Shown in pieces: positions 42,861 to 51,772 of a stretch of 64,000 nucleotides of DNA (position 1 is the stretch's first letter; every line of letters starts with the position of its first letter). The notes under the pieces are model-generated. The model did no database searches and was not told the DNA's origin. It was given only the letters and a program-made list of their open reading frames with translations. The translations under genes and the position numbers were made by a program. The DNA is from Roseibacillus sp. (GTDB lineage: Bacteria > Verrucomicrobiota > Verrucomicrobiia > Verrucomicrobiales > Akkermansiaceae), in assembly GCA_051251855.1 (NCBI GenBank), contig JBPOGI010000002.1:384001-448000 (forward strand), in the 5' to 3' direction.

Positions 42861-42948
42861 TCCTTGATTGGCCCAAGTGACTTTCCATTGCGGTTTCCAA
42901 ATTCCGATTTGTTGTGTCGCCTTGTTCCTGTGAGAAAATGCGGCGGCT

Positions 42949-43638
42949 TTATAGGCGGTTTCTTCGGAAGAAAAAGATGCCCAAAGTCATTGAGGCGAAG
43001 AGGGGAAGGCTGGGCTCGGGCACGGCAGAGAAGGTGCCAAGCATCCTGACGGAGAAATCACCCGCCGGGCCGTTGTTAAAACTAAATTGCAAGCTATCGA
43101 CTTGCGAGAAGTCGGTGGCGCTCGCATTGGTGAAGGAGGAGAAGGGAAAGTCAATGAGGGTGTCGTTGGTGAGGGCGCTCGCTTGAAGGATTTGGAGGCT
43201 AGCGACCTGACTGTTGATGTCGGTTACTGAGACGCTGATTTCGAGATTTGCATCAGAGTCGGCAACGAGGAAGGCGAGCGAGGTAGCGCCACCTGCCGAG
43301 AGGTCGAAGCCACCGAGTCCGGCGCTATTGGCATCATAGGTGAGGGAGAGGTCGGCGGTGAGACCGGGGCCGAGTTCGGCAAAGTATTGGCCTGTGACAG
43401 AACTGACACCCACATTGGCAGTACGCGCAAAAGGGTTAGAGGTGACTGTTACCTCGATATTGCGCCAAGCTCCTGGAATGGAGTTTGAGGGATCTTGGAA
43501 GCTCTGTTGATGGGAGCCGGAGGAAACGGAGAGAGGGCTAGGGCCTGAGTCAAAGTTGTCGAGCGCCTGAACCAAAGTCAGTGCGGCTGGGCAATTGAAG
43601 GAGACGGCAAAAGTGCAAAGGAGAGTAGGGCGAATCAT
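42949..43638 (-). CDS. PEP-CTERM sorting domain protein
   Basis: C-term VPEPSLPLFASMTLGIFFFRRNRL; N-terminal signal-like segment. Confidence 0.8.
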   Translation of the reverse strand: MIRPTLLCTFAVSFNCPAALTLVQALDNFDSGPSPLSVSSGSHQQSFQDPSNSIPGAWRNIEVTVTSNPFARTANVGVSSVTGQYFAELGPGLTADLSLTYDANSAGLGGFDLSAGGATSLAFLVADSDANLEISVSVTDINSQVASLQILQASALTNDTLIDFPFSSFTNASATDFSQVDSLQFSFNNGPAGDFSVRMLGTFSAVPEPSLPLFASMTLGIFFFRRNRL

Positions 43639-43686
43639 GTGGGGGAGGGAATCAGTTGGCTGAATAACAACTCCCTCTATGATGGG

Positions 43687-44433
43687 CTACAAGCCTTCTC
43701 GACGCCGTCTGAGACATACTCCGAAGCTAGATATTGCAATGAGTATCAAAGAAGAAGGCTCTGGAATCGATTGAGTGTTAACTGCTCTGACAGAGACTTC
43801 AGATATCACGATGTCGGGGGCTCCTTGGCCGGTAATATTGTGCACTTCTACCTGCAGGGAGGTGAGATTTTGCATGTCGATACTCTCAAAGACATCATAA
43901 GGAATGTCGACTTGCTGGCGAGAATAGTTGGCTTCTTGTCGGAAGACGTGGGTCTCAGGGAGTCCACCGAGGGATTCCATGGAGATTTGGATTTCGAAGG
44001 GGGCTTGTGAGAACTCGACTAAGAGTCCAAGGCAATTGGCGGCGTTCGACATGGTCATATCGAAGGTCATGCCGCTGGGGGCTTGATAGTCCAACCAAGT
44101 CCGAGCGCTCACCCCAGGGCCGTAGGAAAGCACGAAGATGCCATGTTCGGCGGCGATTTCGGCAGTGACGGATCGTTCTTCAGGGATGAGGTTCGCGTCG
44201 ATGCCTAAGTTGCGCGTCCATCCTTGAAGGAGGCTTTCATTCTGAAGAGGCATGGAACTTTGCTGGGCTTCGACGGTGCGTAGCGAGAGATTCTGAGAAC
44301 CTTGGGAAAAATTGTCGAGTTGACCAATGGTGACCGCGAAAGCTTGGCTAGAAAGGGAGAAGACAAGGCTCGGAAGTAGGCTTCTTGTGCGGAGGAGGTT
44401 GTTGAAAGAGGGGAAGGTAGGCATGAACATCAA
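43687..44433 (-). CDS. PEP-CTERM sorting domain protein
   Basis: C-term IPEPSSLILIAISSFGVCLRRRR; shares LDNF, W.RN, GPG and SLQ landmarks with its neighbour; start uncertain. Confidence 0.8.
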   Translation of the reverse strand: MMFMPTFPSFNNLLRTRSLLPSLVFSLSSQAFAVTIGQLDNFSQGSQNLSLRTVEAQQSSMPLQNESLLQGWTRNLGIDANLIPEERSVTAEIAAEHGIFVLSYGPGVSARTWLDYQAPSGMTFDMTMSNAANCLGLLVEFSQAPFEIQISMESLGGLPETHVFRQEANYSRQQVDIPYDVFESIDMQNLTSLQVEVHNITGQGAPDIVISEVSVRAVNTQSIPEPSSLILIAISSFGVCLRRRREGL

Positions 44434-44668
44434 GAGGACTTAAAAACTAAGAACCCTGAGAGCTGATTTCGTTCATGCTTTTGTTGAGATTTTTTAGAAG
44501 AGGAGGAGCCTACTGCGAAAGCAAGGCTGCAGAGTGAAGCTGAGTTGAACAAGTCGGGCTGTAGGACTATCAAAATGCTCTCCAAACCTCTTTTGTCATT
44601 GGAGTGCTCCGGAGAATCTTTTCCTAAAACCAATAGCTACCTCTCCATCGGGGGAAATCATGCTTTGG

Positions 44669-44950
44669 TGGACGACAGAGGTCGAATGGCACTGTGATAG
44701 GCAAAAAATCGAGAGCTTGCAAAAGCAGGGGCCGCAGGCTCGGGAGAGTGGCTTTCTAAGCTGCTGAGGTTGCTCTCGCTCATAGGGGGACGGATGAATC
44801 ACCGCAGGAATAGTAGCTTCGGGAAGGAACAGGCCTACCCTCAACATTCTTTGTTTTAAGGTAGCGGCTTAGAAAGACCACGTTCCCATTTCCTTGTCCT
44901 CGATATCACAAGGTCTCTTAGCACAGTGCCATTCGACTGAGGTTGATCCT
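44669..44950. mobile_element. MITE/REPIN-like element, copy 1
   Basis: 16-bp perfect inverted repeat GTCGAATGGCACTGTG (44681-44696 / 44922-44937); similar to copies at 51.05 and 51.43 kb. Confidence 0.65.
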
Positions 44951-44955
44951 CTTTT

Positions 44956-46857
44956 TTAGTCGGCGAGACCGAGCTCTGCCTTTCGGGCTTCGAGTTCTTC
45001 CCAGCGGGCGTAAAGGTCGGCGACTACTTTTTGTGCGGCTTCGACCTTGGCAGTTTCGGCAGGGAGGTCGTGAAGGTGTTCGGCTTGGAAGGCGGGGTCG
45101 TTGATTTTTTCGGCGATCACTTCGACAGCGACTTCGGCTTCTGCGATGCGGTCTTCGATGGTCTCGAGGTCGGAGCGCTCTTTGTTGGAGAGAGGTTTTG
45201 CCTTCTTACGAGGGGCTTCGGCTTCCTTGGTGGACTTACTGGATTTCTCGTAGGCAGCCAGTTGGAGGCGCTCGGCAGTTTCGCGTGCTTGGCGTTTCTC
45301 GAGGTAATAGGAATAGTTGCCGGGTTGCACGACGACGCCCCCGTCTTCGAAGGCTACGATTTGGTCGCAGATGCGGTCGAGGAAGTAGCGGTCGTGAGAG
45401 ACGCAGATGACAGTGCCTTTGAAGACGGCAAGGGCCTCCTCCAGCATGCGAAGAGAGGGCAGATCGAGGTCGTTGGTGGGCTCGTCGAGAACGATAAGGT
45501 TACCGCCGTTTTTGAGGACTTTGGCGAGCATGAGGCGGGCGCGTTCGCCACCGGAGAGGAGGTCGACACGCTCGTTGATGCGGTCGTCGCTAAAGAGGAA
45601 ACGTTTGAGGTAGGAGCGGGCGGAGATGGTTTGGTCTCCGAAGAAGATCTTGTCGTTACCGTTCGAGATTTCGTCGAGGAGGGAGCCGGTGCCATCGAGT
45701 TGCATGCGGCTTTGGTCGATGTAGTTGACCTTGACGCGCTTGCCGAGGGTGGCGTGGCCGGCGGAGGGCTTGATTTGGTCGAGGCAGAGTTTGAGCAGGG
45801 TGGTCTTTCCGGTGCCGTTGCGGCCGACGATACCAGTGCATTGACCGGGGCGGAACTCGAGGTCGAGGTTGCGGAAGAGCCAGCGGGGGTCGTTTTCGCT
45901 GCCGACATTGACGCCTGCTTTTTCGAGTTCGACGACCACGTTGCCGAGGCCGGGAGGCGGGGGGATGAGGAGGTCCATCTCAGCTTCCTCGACGGGAGCG
46001 TCTTGGTCTTTGACATCGTAGAAGGCGTCGAGGCGGCTGCGAGATTTAGTGGTGCGCGCTTTGACGCCAGCGCGAACCCACTCGAGTTCTTCTTTGAGGA
46101 ACTTTTGGCGCTTCTTTTCGGTGTTACTGGCGATGTCCTGGCGGATTGCCTTGGACTCGAGGAAGGCCGTGTAGTTGCCGGGGTGGGAGTAGGCTTTGCC
46201 GCCGTCGATCTCAATGATACGGGTGGCGATGGTGTCGAGAAAGTAGCGGTCGTGAGTGACGAAGATGACGGCTCCGGTAAAGGCGCGCAGGGTGCTCTCG
46301 AGCCAGCTGATCGATTCGGCGTCGAGGTGGTTGGTGGGCTCGTCTAACAGCAGGAGGTCGGGCTGCCGGACGAGAGCGCGGCAAAGGGCGACCCGGCGTT
46401 TCTCACCGCCGGAGAGGTCAGTGATGGGAGAGTCGAGGGCGGGGGCGCCGAGGGCTTCGGCTGTGGTCTTGATGCGGAGGTCGAGGTTCCAGCCGTCAGC
46501 ATGGTCGATGAACTGAAGCAGGTCGGCGAGTTCGTCTTCGGTGCCGAGGCCTTCTTCGTAGCGGGTGATGGCTTCGGCGAGGTCGGCGACGCCGGAGGTG
46601 ATGTTCTCGAGGACGCTGAGATTGGGGTCGAGCTCGAACTCTTGGGGGAGGTAGCCGACGCGGAGTTCGCGGCGGAGGGCGATGTCGCCAGAGTCGGGTT
46701 CGGACTCACGGGAGAGGATTTTGAGGAGAGAAGTTTTTCCGCAACCGTTGCGGCCCACCATACCGACTTTTTCGCCGGCTTCGACAGCGAGGGTGACGCC
46801 ATCAAGAAGGTTTTGGTGGCCGTAGGAGAGGGTGAGTTCGTTCGCAGAAAGGAGCAC
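44956..46857 (-). CDS. ABC-F family ATPase (Uup-like)
   Basis: Two ABC cassettes (GRNGCGKT/LSGGE/LDEPTNHLD and GRNGTGKT/LSGGE/LDEPTNDLD); C-term coiled coil LYARWEELE. Confidence 0.9.
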   Translation of the reverse strand: MLLSANELTLSYGHQNLLDGVTLAVEAGEKVGMVGRNGCGKTSLLKILSRESEPDSGDIALRRELRVGYLPQEFELDPNLSVLENITSGVADLAEAITRYEEGLGTEDELADLLQFIDHADGWNLDLRIKTTAEALGAPALDSPITDLSGGEKRRVALCRALVRQPDLLLLDEPTNHLDAESISWLESTLRAFTGAVIFVTHDRYFLDTIATRIIEIDGGKAYSHPGNYTAFLESKAIRQDIASNTEKKRQKFLKEELEWVRAGVKARTTKSRSRLDAFYDVKDQDAPVEEAEMDLLIPPPPGLGNVVVELEKAGVNVGSENDPRWLFRNLDLEFRPGQCTGIVGRNGTGKTTLLKLCLDQIKPSAGHATLGKRVKVNYIDQSRMQLDGTGSLLDEISNGNDKIFFGDQTISARSYLKRFLFSDDRINERVDLLSGGERARLMLAKVLKNGGNLIVLDEPTNDLDLPSLRMLEEALAVFKGTVICVSHDRYFLDRICDQIVAFEDGGVVVQPGNYSYYLEKRQARETAERLQLAAYEKSSKSTKEAEAPRKKAKPLSNKERSDLETIEDRIAEAEVAVEVIAEKINDPAFQAEHLHDLPAETAKVEAAQKVVADLYARWEELEARKAELGLAD

Positions 46858-46964
46858 GGCTTAGACTTGGAGAAAGCAGAGACTAGAGGCCAGACTTTTC
46901 TGTTCGCCCTCTTTCGAAGAGGAGACAGAAATCGAGCTTTTCGTTCCCTTAGCCCCTTCAAAGG

Positions 46965-47582
46965 TTATTGTTTTTCGCTCTTGGTTGCCTCGAGATTTTT
47001 AAGGGTTGCTTGAGCTTGTTCGCGGACGGTGGTGTCTTCGAACTCCAAAGCGATGAGTTCTTCGAGGGAGGTTTGAGCCTCTTTGATTTGCTTTGTATTG
47101 AGGTAGCAGCGTGCGAGATTGAGTAGGCTTTTGGCTTTTAAATCAGGCTTATCGGATTCGGCTTTGGAGATGAGGAAGTAGGGGACGGCGTCCGCAAATC
47201 TTTTGTCGTTGTAGGTCAAGGCTCCGAGGCGGAAGGCTGCGCTAGCGGCGTTCTGTCCGGAATTTTTGGAGGCCTTCAGGGTATTTTGAAAGGCTTTTTC
47301 AGCCGAGGAACGTTTGCCTGTGAGAAGGTCGCAGACTCCAGAGCGATAGTAGGCGCTGGGGGTTTCGGGATGATCGGGGTTTTCTGAAATGAATTGCTGG
47401 AAGAGCTCCTTTGCAGTTTGGAAAAGTTGACGTTTTTCCTCGGCAGTTTCGCCGGAGTGTCTTTCGGACAGTGCGAGCTTGCCGGCTTTGTAGGCTTTGT
47501 CCGCTTTTTGGAAGAGTTCGGGGGTGTCTGGTGCCGAAAAGGCTCCAAGAGCAGTGAGGAGGAAAGCGAAAAAGATTTTCAT
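46965..47582 (-). CDS. Exported TPR-repeat protein
   Basis: Signal peptide MKIFFAFLL..; TPR helices AYYRSG, AAFRLG, SLLNLARCY. Confidence 0.75.
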   Translation of the reverse strand: MKIFFAFLLTALGAFSAPDTPELFQKADKAYKAGKLALSERHSGETAEEKRQLFQTAKELFQQFISENPDHPETPSAYYRSGVCDLLTGKRSSAEKAFQNTLKASKNSGQNAASAAFRLGALTYNDKRFADAVPYFLISKAESDKPDLKAKSLLNLARCYLNTKQIKEAQTSLEELIALEFEDTTVREQAQATLKNLEATKSEKQ

Positions 47583-47780
47583 GATTTTTAGGAGGCGGTT
47601 TATCGAGAATTCTTTCACTCAACTAGCCAAGTATTGTGTCCAGTTTGAAAACAAGATCAAGGTCCCATAACGGTAAGAGCGCGCTCAGGCTCGGACCAGT
47701 GGGGCGGACTGAAGTTCCGCGGTCCGTTTTTAATGCCTGCTGCTGGCAGCATCAGGCTCGGACCGCTGCAGATGCGTTTG

Positions 47781-48563
47781 CTATTGTTGGTCGTATTCGC
47801 CGAGGTCGCGGACCCAGATGTTGCGGAATTCGATAGGGTCGTTGTGCCATTGGAGCATAATGGGACCTTTCTCGGGGTGGTTCTTGGGATAGCTGGCAGT
47901 CTTTTGGTGCTGGGTGGGACCTTGTAGCTCTTTCGCTGCTTGTACGACGACTCCGTTGAAGAGGACTGTGATCTGGGCTGGAGTGACGACCTTTCCGTCC
48001 TTGGAAACGGGGGCATTGAAGATAATGTCGTAGCTTTGCCATTCACCCTGTGGAGTGGCGGGGTTTACGAGGGGCGGGAATTGGCCGTAGATGGCGCCGG
48101 CTTGACCGTCGGGGTAGGTGACGTTGGTGTGGCTTTCTCCGACTTGGACTTCGTATTTTCCCATCAAAAAGATGCCTGAGTTGCCTCCTTTTTGCCCGTC
48201 GACTTTGCGATCAGAAGGCACGCGGTACTCGATGTGGACTTGGCAATCGCCGAATTGTTCCTTGGTAATGAGAGGCTTGGGGGAGGCGATGAGGATACCG
48301 TCTTCGACCTTCCAGTTACCCTTCCAAGCGTCGGTGTTGGTGCCGTCGAAGAGAACTTTGGCATCGGAGGGAGCTTTGACCGAGACTGCGCCTCCGCTTT
48401 CGACTTTGCGAGGTTGCGGTCGGGTGGTGTCGTGAACGGAATACTCGGAACCGGGGATGAGGGGGGCATTCGGGTAAAGTTTCTTGGTTTGCTGCTCACT
48501 ATGGTGATCCGCGAGAAGAAGTCCGGTAGGAAGAAGGGCGAGAATGGTGAGTTTTGTTTTCAT
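47781..48563 (-). CDS. DUF1080 (3-keto-disaccharide hydrolase-like) protein
   Basis: APSDAKVLFDG, FGDCQVHIE, GNSGIFL, YEVQV, GEWQSYDIIF, FRNIWVR. Confidence 0.9.
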   Translation of the reverse strand: MKTKLTILALLPTGLLLADHHSEQQTKKLYPNAPLIPGSEYSVHDTTRPQPRKVESGGAVSVKAPSDAKVLFDGTNTDAWKGNWKVEDGILIASPKPLITKEQFGDCQVHIEYRVPSDRKVDGQKGGNSGIFLMGKYEVQVGESHTNVTYPDGQAGAIYGQFPPLVNPATPQGEWQSYDIIFNAPVSKDGKVVTPAQITVLFNGVVVQAAKELQGPTQHQKTASYPKNHPEKGPIMLQWHNDPIEFRNIWVRDLGEYDQQ

Positions 48564-48615
48564 AGAGCTGATTTAATAGACTGATGAAGAGGCGAGGATC
48601 TTTCAGAGGGAAAGG

Positions 48616-49266
48616 CTATCGCAAGATGAAGAGGACGACGGCTAAGGCGTGGCAGGTGGAGCCAGCAAGGACAAAGAGGTGCCAGATGGCGTGGTTGTAG
48701 GGGAGCTTTTGCCAGGCGAAAAAGATGACGCCGAAGGTGTAGGAGAGTCCTCCTGCGACAAGGAGCCAAAGGCCGGCAGGGGGGAGTTCCTTGATAATGG
48801 ATGGAAGGATGGAGACGATGAGCCAGCCCATGACGACATAGAGGGCGGTGGAGGCCCAGTGCTCGCGGTTGCCGCGCATAAGAGCCTTGGTGAGGATGCC
48901 GCCGATAGCGAGAAACCAGATGACGCCGAAGATGGTCCAGCCAAGAGGTCCGCGAATGGCGACGAGGGTGAGGGGGGTATAGGAGCCGGCGATCAGGAGA
49001 TAGATGGCCGAGTGGTCAAAGATTTGGAAGAGCTCTTTGATTTTGTGGCCCGTGAAGCTGTGGTAAAGCGTGGAAGAGAGGTAGAGCACGATCATGCTGG
49101 TTCCAAAGACGACTCCTGAGACCATGGCCCATGCGTCTTTGGCAACGATGCACATGAAGACGAGGCAAGTGATCGAAGCGACAACACCGATGCCATGGGT
49201 GATGGCGGAGGCGAGTTCTTCCCGAGGAGAGTCGCAGAGTGGGGAGCGTGGTTTCTTGGGGCTCAC
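48616..49266 (-). CDS. Hemolysin III / PAQR family membrane protein (TrhA/YqfA)
   Basis: EELASAITHG, SSTLYH, DHSAIYLLIAGSYTP, HAIWHLFV. Confidence 0.92.
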   Translation of the reverse strand: MSPKKPRSPLCDSPREELASAITHGIGVVASITCLVFMCIVAKDAWAMVSGVVFGTSMIVLYLSSTLYHSFTGHKIKELFQIFDHSAIYLLIAGSYTPLTLVAIRGPLGWTIFGVIWFLAIGGILTKALMRGNREHWASTALYVVMGWLIVSILPSIIKELPPAGLWLLVAGGLSYTFGVIFFAWQKLPYNHAIWHLFVLAGSTCHALAVVLFILR

Positions 49267-49425
49267 AGCGGGACGCTAGAGCGTTCTCCGGACCTTGGCA
49301 AGAAGGAGGGGCCAGAATACCAAGCCGATTTCTTCGTTTTTGCAGGTCGATTGGGTGGGTGACAACGGTATTTGAATTGAATGGTGACCATTTTCCTCCA
49401 AGAGCCTTCTAAAAGAAGACATTCG

Positions 49426-50964
49426 ATGAAACGAAATACAAAAACACATACGTTGATGCCTGCGCTTGGATTGGCCATGGCGATATCCGGCCCCAGTTTT
49501 GCGGGCGATAGCAGCCTTGGCGGCTACGGTGGAGCGCTGGGCGACTCTTCAGGCTTGGGCTCAAGCCTCTTGGGCGGAGCTTCGGCAGGAAATGCGAATG
49601 CATCAGGCTGGGAAGTTACGGGCGCAGCGGGTCTTTCTCTTGCAAAGGGAAATGCCGATAGCGTGGCCTATTCTGTGCAGGCTTTGGCTACTTACGAGGG
49701 CCGACATTGGGAAGGTCTCTTGGGCGCTGACTATTTTTACTCTGAAAACGACGGTGTCACTTCTACGGATTCGTTGCGACTCTATGGTCAAGGTCAGCGC
49801 TTGTTGACCGATCGTCTTTATTTGGGTCTCGCAGGGTCTTATTTGAAGGATGATGCCGCGGACCTAGACTATCGCTTCGATGTGGCGGGCGTTTTGGGCT
49901 ACCACGTCATTAAGTCTGACCGGACCTCACTTTCCTTTGAGGTGGGTCCCGGATATGCATGGGAGGAGCAAGGTGGGCTTGCTGACGAGTATGCGACTTT
50001 GCGGTTTGGCCAGCGATTCGAGCACCAGCTCAGTGGCCGTTCAAAGTTGTGGCAAAGCGCTTATGTGACGCCACAGATTGATGATTTTGATAACTATAAC
50101 CTCATTGCTGAGGCTGGAATCGATACTTTGTTGTCGGACAAGTGGTCTTTACGTACGAGCGTTCGTTACCTTTACGACAACACTCCTGCGGCGGGTCGAA
50201 AGAGTGAGGATATGACTTTGATGGTGGGGCTAGCTTACGCGCTGGGTGGTTTTCCCGAGCCTGAAGAGGCTGGTCGAGCGACGTTGAAGGCTGACCGTGT
50301 TGCTCCCGATGTGGCAGCGATGGGCTGGACGACTTCGGCCTCGTTGGGACTGTCGATGGCGCAGGGTAACTCCGAGAATTTGCAAGCTACGGTTGGATAT
50401 GATTCTGCTTACAGGACATCGACGGATGAGTTCTTTCTCAATGGACTCTATTCTTTCGGTCAGAATGATGGCAATACCTCCGCTGATGCTTTGCGCCTTG
50501 GCTCACGTTACAATCGCCTGTTGAGCGACCGTCTCTATGCTGGTGTTGGAGTGGACTATCTCCGTGATGATGTCGCTGACCTCGGCTACCGGGTGACTGG
50601 TGCCGCTGTCGCGGGATACTATGTGATTAAGTCGGACGAGATGTCTTTAGCCTTCGAAGCTGGTCCTGGTTACACGTGGGAAGAGTCTGCAGGAGTGGAA
50701 GATTCCTATCTCACCTTGCGTGGAGCTCAGCGATTCAGTTGGGTTTTAGGTTCACGCACGACTTTCAAGCAAGATGCGATTGTCGATGTGGATCCTGGAA
50801 ACTTTGACAACTATCTCCTGACGGTTGGAGCCTACTTGGACACCGACATTACAGACTCGTTGACTTGGCGTTTGGCTGGGACATACATCTACGACAATGA
50901 ACCTACGGGTAATTTGGAGAAGTCGGATACGACGCTCACTAGTGGTATTGCGGTAAAGTTCTAG
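49426..50964 (+). CDS. Outer-membrane beta-barrel protein with two tandem DUF481 (YdiY-like) domains
   Basis: Internal repeat GLSLAKGN/GLSMAQGN, FEVGPGYAWEE/FEAGPGYTWEE, YLYDNTP/YIYDNEP; C-terminal Phe. Confidence 0.75.
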   Translation: MKRNTKTHTLMPALGLAMAISGPSFAGDSSLGGYGGALGDSSGLGSSLLGGASAGNANASGWEVTGAAGLSLAKGNADSVAYSVQALATYEGRHWEGLLGADYFYSENDGVTSTDSLRLYGQGQRLLTDRLYLGLAGSYLKDDAADLDYRFDVAGVLGYHVIKSDRTSLSFEVGPGYAWEEQGGLADEYATLRFGQRFEHQLSGRSKLWQSAYVTPQIDDFDNYNLIAEAGIDTLLSDKWSLRTSVRYLYDNTPAAGRKSEDMTLMVGLAYALGGFPEPEEAGRATLKADRVAPDVAAMGWTTSASLGLSMAQGNSENLQATVGYDSAYRTSTDEFFLNGLYSFGQNDGNTSADALRLGSRYNRLLSDRLYAGVGVDYLRDDVADLGYRVTGAAVAGYYVIKSDEMSLAFEAGPGYTWEESAGVEDSYLTLRGAQRFSWVLGSRTTFKQDAIVDVDPGNFDNYLLTVGAYLDTDITDSLTWRLAGTYIYDNEPTGNLEKSDTTLTSGIAVKF

Positions 50965-50981
50965 GAGTTGGTTTTTCTTTG

Positions 50982-51017
50982 AAAGCGCGATCGGGTTTGC
51001 CCGGTTGCGCTTTTTTT
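50982..51017 (+). terminator. Rho-independent terminator
   Basis: AAAGCGCGATCGGG-TTTG-CCCGGTTGCGCTTT plus T-run. Confidence 0.85.
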
Positions 51018-51049
51018 GTCTCTCAAATAGATTTGCTGATGAGGTTTAG

Positions 51050-51325
51050 GTCGAATGGCACGAGTTTCAGCGTATTGCTCGAGATATTGCGGAAACAATC
51101 GGGAGAGCGGTCTTTAAAAGCCGCTACCTTAAATCTTGGTCAGTTGAGGGTAGGCCTGCTGACCTTCGAATCCTTGAATCAGTAGCCTTTGAACCAGCCT
51201 TTCGAATCGCGATCAACCCCAGCGGCTTACAAAGCCACTCTCCCGAGCCCTGCGGTCCTCACTTTCAATACAAACTCGCGCTTTGGACCAGTAACTGTCC
51301 TAAGCTCGTGCCATTCGGTTTAGGT
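51050..51325. mobile_element. MITE/REPIN-like element, copy 2 (inverted relative to copy 1)
   Basis: 13-bp perfect inverted repeat CGAATGGCACGAG (51052-51064 / 51305-51317); arms match copy 1 in reverse. Confidence 0.6.
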
Positions 51326-51427
51326 CGTTAATTTTCTCGAGTTCTCTCAGTAGGGAGGGACCTGGCCAAGTGTCGTAGAAGAATCGAAGGGAGTCTTCCA
51401 AAGTTGAACTTTGAAAGGAACCGGTAA

Positions 51428-51698
51428 TGGACGACTGAAGTCGTAGGGCGCTGTGATGGGTGAAAAATTGGGAGCTGACAAGAGCAGTGGCCACAGGCTT
51501 GAGAGAGTGGATTGTTTGAGAACGGAAGGCGGACGAATTACCACAGGAACAGCGGATTCGGGAATGAGCAGGCCTAGCCTTAACTTTCTGTGTTTTAAGA
51601 TGGCGGCTTAGAAAGACCGCGCTCCCATTTCCTTACTTGCGATATGGTGAGGGTGAGGTGTCTTTAACACAGTGCCATTGGCTTGAAGTCGAGCCTCC
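51428..51698. mobile_element. MITE/REPIN-like element, copy 3
   Basis: Colinear with 44669-44950, e.g. GCGGCTTAGAAAGACC..CCCATTTCCTT and CACAGTGCCATT; left end is degenerate. Confidence 0.6.
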
Positions 51699-51772
51699 TA
51701 TTTTATCCGGGAATGGATGTTTGGATAGATGAGGGTGTTTAACTCTTGGGACTTGAGTGAGGGACTTTTGCC

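Noticed and set aside
45031..46347. 438-aa plus-strand ORF and similar shadow ORFs (9618..10325, 21859..22614, 45354..46214)
   Set aside because: They overlap well-supported genes, have no motifs, and are explained by GC-rich codon bias.
44596..51544. Small ORFs with similar translations in the repeated element (44596..44847, 50979..51185, 51347..51544)
   Set aside because: They reflect DNA repeat similarity; stops and frames are not conserved among copies.
44681..51682. TGGCAC motifs as sigma-54 promoters
   Set aside because: They lack the correctly spaced -12 TTGC and are better explained as inverted ends of the repeat.
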